Positions 62,589 to 64,000 of a stretch of DNA of 64,000 nucleotides are shown here, one piece after another (the stretch's first letter is position 1; each line of letters begins with the position of its first letter). This DNA is from Dehalococcoidia bacterium (lineage in GTDB: Bacteria > Chloroflexota > Dehalococcoidia > UBA2979), in assembly GCA_965262725.1 (NCBI GenBank), contig OZ253555.1, positions 640,001 through 704,000 of the forward strand, written 5' to 3'. Both the position numbers and the translations under genes were made by a program. Under the pieces are notes generated by a model, which saw only the letters and a program-made list of their open reading frames with translations, had not been told where the DNA came from and searched no databases.

Positions 62589-63197
62589 GTGACTGCACTC
62601 GCGCTGGCCACGCTGGCGCTGGCGGTACTCGGAGTCCGGACGACCGCCACACCCAACGAAGCGCGCATTCCTCTAGACGCCGTGGCCGCAGTCCACGTCA
62701 AGGAGCGCGACTCAAGCTGGATGTCCTACATCGCCGGGGCACCGCCACTCGTCAACCGCGACTTCATGAGCCGCTACGGCCCGCCGGTCACCCCGACGCC
62801 CGAGCCGCCAGCGGTCGACGGCTTCACCGTCAGCGGCGTAGGCCCGGAGACACACACCTTCGAGGCAAGCGGCATTCTCTCCTGCTCCGTCGACTATGAA
62901 CGCCCACGATCTGCTGCGGGCATCAGCGTTGATGTGCGGATAGCCGGCGATAGTGGCACGCCGTGGAGGACTGGCCCGAGCGGAACCACCAGCCCGGTGA
63001 GTCAGCTCAGCAGCACGCAACACAGAGAGATCTACTTCGGGGACCGCTACCCGGACCTTGAGGGCCGCTTCCTGAGTGGCGGGGACCGCTTCCTCCCGCC
63101 CTACTCAGTGGTGGTCCTGACTGCCGAGTACAGCGTGTTCGCGAGGGGGATCTACGTTTGGCGGCCCCTCCCATGGACTGTCGAGTGCCGACCGTGA
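62589..63197 (+). CDS. Hypothetical exported protein (IS1595 passenger)
   Basis: Hydrophobic N-terminus; start uncertain. Confidence 0.5.
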   Translation: MTALALATLALAVLGVRTTATPNEARIPLDAVAAVHVKERDSSWMSYIAGAPPLVNRDFMSRYGPPVTPTPEPPAVDGFTVSGVGPETHTFEASGILSCSVDYERPRSAAGISVDVRIAGDSGTPWRTGPSGTTSPVSQLSSTQHREIYFGDRYPDLEGRFLSGGDRFLPPYSVVVLTAEYSVFARGIYVWRPLPWTVECRP

Positions 63198-63261
63198 GCC
63201 CGCTGGCAGCGTGCGCCGTACCGGATTCTGATACGCTGAGCCCGGGATAGGGAGGCGAAGC

Positions 63262-63357
63262 ATGGCGAGGCAACCGAAGGATCTACGGATACCCACCACG
63301 CCCGAGAAGCTCCTACAGGCGGTGCTGAAACCGCCGAAGAAGCCGCCCGCGCGGTAA
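63262..63357 (+). CDS. 31-aa basic peptide
   Basis: GGGAGG RBS; MARQPKDLRIPTTPEKLLQAVLKPPKKPPAR*. Confidence 0.5.
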   Translation: MARQPKDLRIPTTPEKLLQAVLKPPKKPPAR

Positions 63358-63372
63358 TCTCCCACTGGCTGT

Positions 63373-63449
63373 TGGAGGCCCCGGCGGGATTCGAACCCGC
63401 GTCTCGCGATTTTCAGTCGCGTGTCTTGCCCAGACTTGACTACGGGGCC
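63373..63449 (-). tRNA. tRNA with GAA (Phe) anticodon and atypical U73
   Basis: GGCCCCG/CGGGGCC acceptor, GTC/GAC D-stem, CGCGA-CTGAAAA-TCGCG, GCGGG-TTCGAAT-CCCGC, encoded CCA. Confidence 0.9.
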
Positions 63450-63655
63450 TCTGATGCACGCAGCGGCGCGGTTGAATCCGACCGCTGCTCGGGCTACGAT
63501 GGGGGCCGCGAGGCACTCCATCGTGAACCGAAGAAGCGGCCCCGCCCGGCAAGGCGGGGTCGCTTCACGTCTGGGGCCATTATAGGGGAAGGCACAGAAC
63601 GCGCGTTCTGTGCCGTGTGCTGCGGGTGGCGGGATCTGCTGCGGGCGATACAGAC

Positions 63656-64000
63656 CTAGCGGATCAGTTCCCCGTACTGGAGGCGCTTCCCGACCAGCCC
63701 GCGCACGACGGCGCGCATCTGGTCGATGGTGTCCATCGGGCGGGCGTTGTGCCGCCCGGCGAACTCCGTCACGTAGCGGTCCAGGTGCTTCACGCTCATG
63801 TGGTGGAGCGTGCCCTGATACCCGCGCTTGAACATCGACCACAGCGACTCGATGCCGTTGGTGTGGGTGTTCCCGATCACGTATGTCCCGACCGAGTGCT
63901 GGACCGCGTCGTGCTTGTACTCGCCCGCCAGCGGGACGTAGGCCGCGTGGCCGTCGGAGTACACCTGAGCGCCGCGGGCGGCGTGCTCGCGCACGAAGTC
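63656..64000 (-). CDS. IS1595 family transposase (3' part)
   Basis: YSDGHAAY, HTNGIESLWSMFKRG and KHLDRYVTEFAGRHN motifs. Confidence 0.92.
   Translation of the reverse strand, partial: DFVREHAARGAQVYSDGHAAYVPLAGEYKHDAVQHSVGTYVIGNTHTNGIESLWSMFKRGYQGTLHHMSVKHLDRYVTEFAGRHNARPMDTIDQMRAVVRGLVGKRLQYGELIR

Larger units (their letters stand above)
62346..64000 (-). mobile_element. IS1595-family element with passenger genes (runs off the window)
   Basis: GGGGATTATATAG at 62346 fits the ggnnatTAT terminal repeat of the ISNwi1 group; transposase at the window end. Confidence 0.65.

Noticed and set aside
63575-63584. GGCCATTAT as the IS1595 terminal repeat
   Set aside because: Better explained as the TATAAT -10 box for the tRNA; 62346 has the longer GGGGATTATATAG end, though this cannot be confirmed without the other IS end

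Overview
This is a high-GC accessory island. Its RCC1, LRR, InlB B-repeat and cadherin-like surface proteins suggest a host-associated Chloroflexota, which is an inference. It is a mosaic of decaying integrative/conjugative and phage-satellite modules: a tyrosine integrase with three excisionase copies, a CHC2/Toprim primase, and Rad52-like, VirD4-like, replication-relaxation and terminase fragments, plus LysM-BTAD/prepilin peptidase modules in three copies. Defence genes include GmrSD-type DUF262/DUF1524, a truncated type I hsdR with YgjP, DarT/DarG, and HEPN- and NYN-like proteins. There are five IS elements: IS256, two IS110, IS5 and IS1595. Four non-coding signals stand out. (1) A family of promoter regions carries helically phased direct-repeat arrays with a conserved 11-11-11-9-11-11 bp spacing but a different core word in different copies. 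(2) A ~400-nt structured non-coding leader, present in 2 full and 1 partial copy, is attached to those promoters. (3) Both IS110 elements have bridge-RNA guide segments that can be matched by eye to their own donor and target junctions. (4) An IS1595 carries a tRNA with a Phe anticodon on a Cys-like body (U73). All calls come from reading the sequence and recognising motifs; no database search was run. Some frameshifts could be assembly errors.
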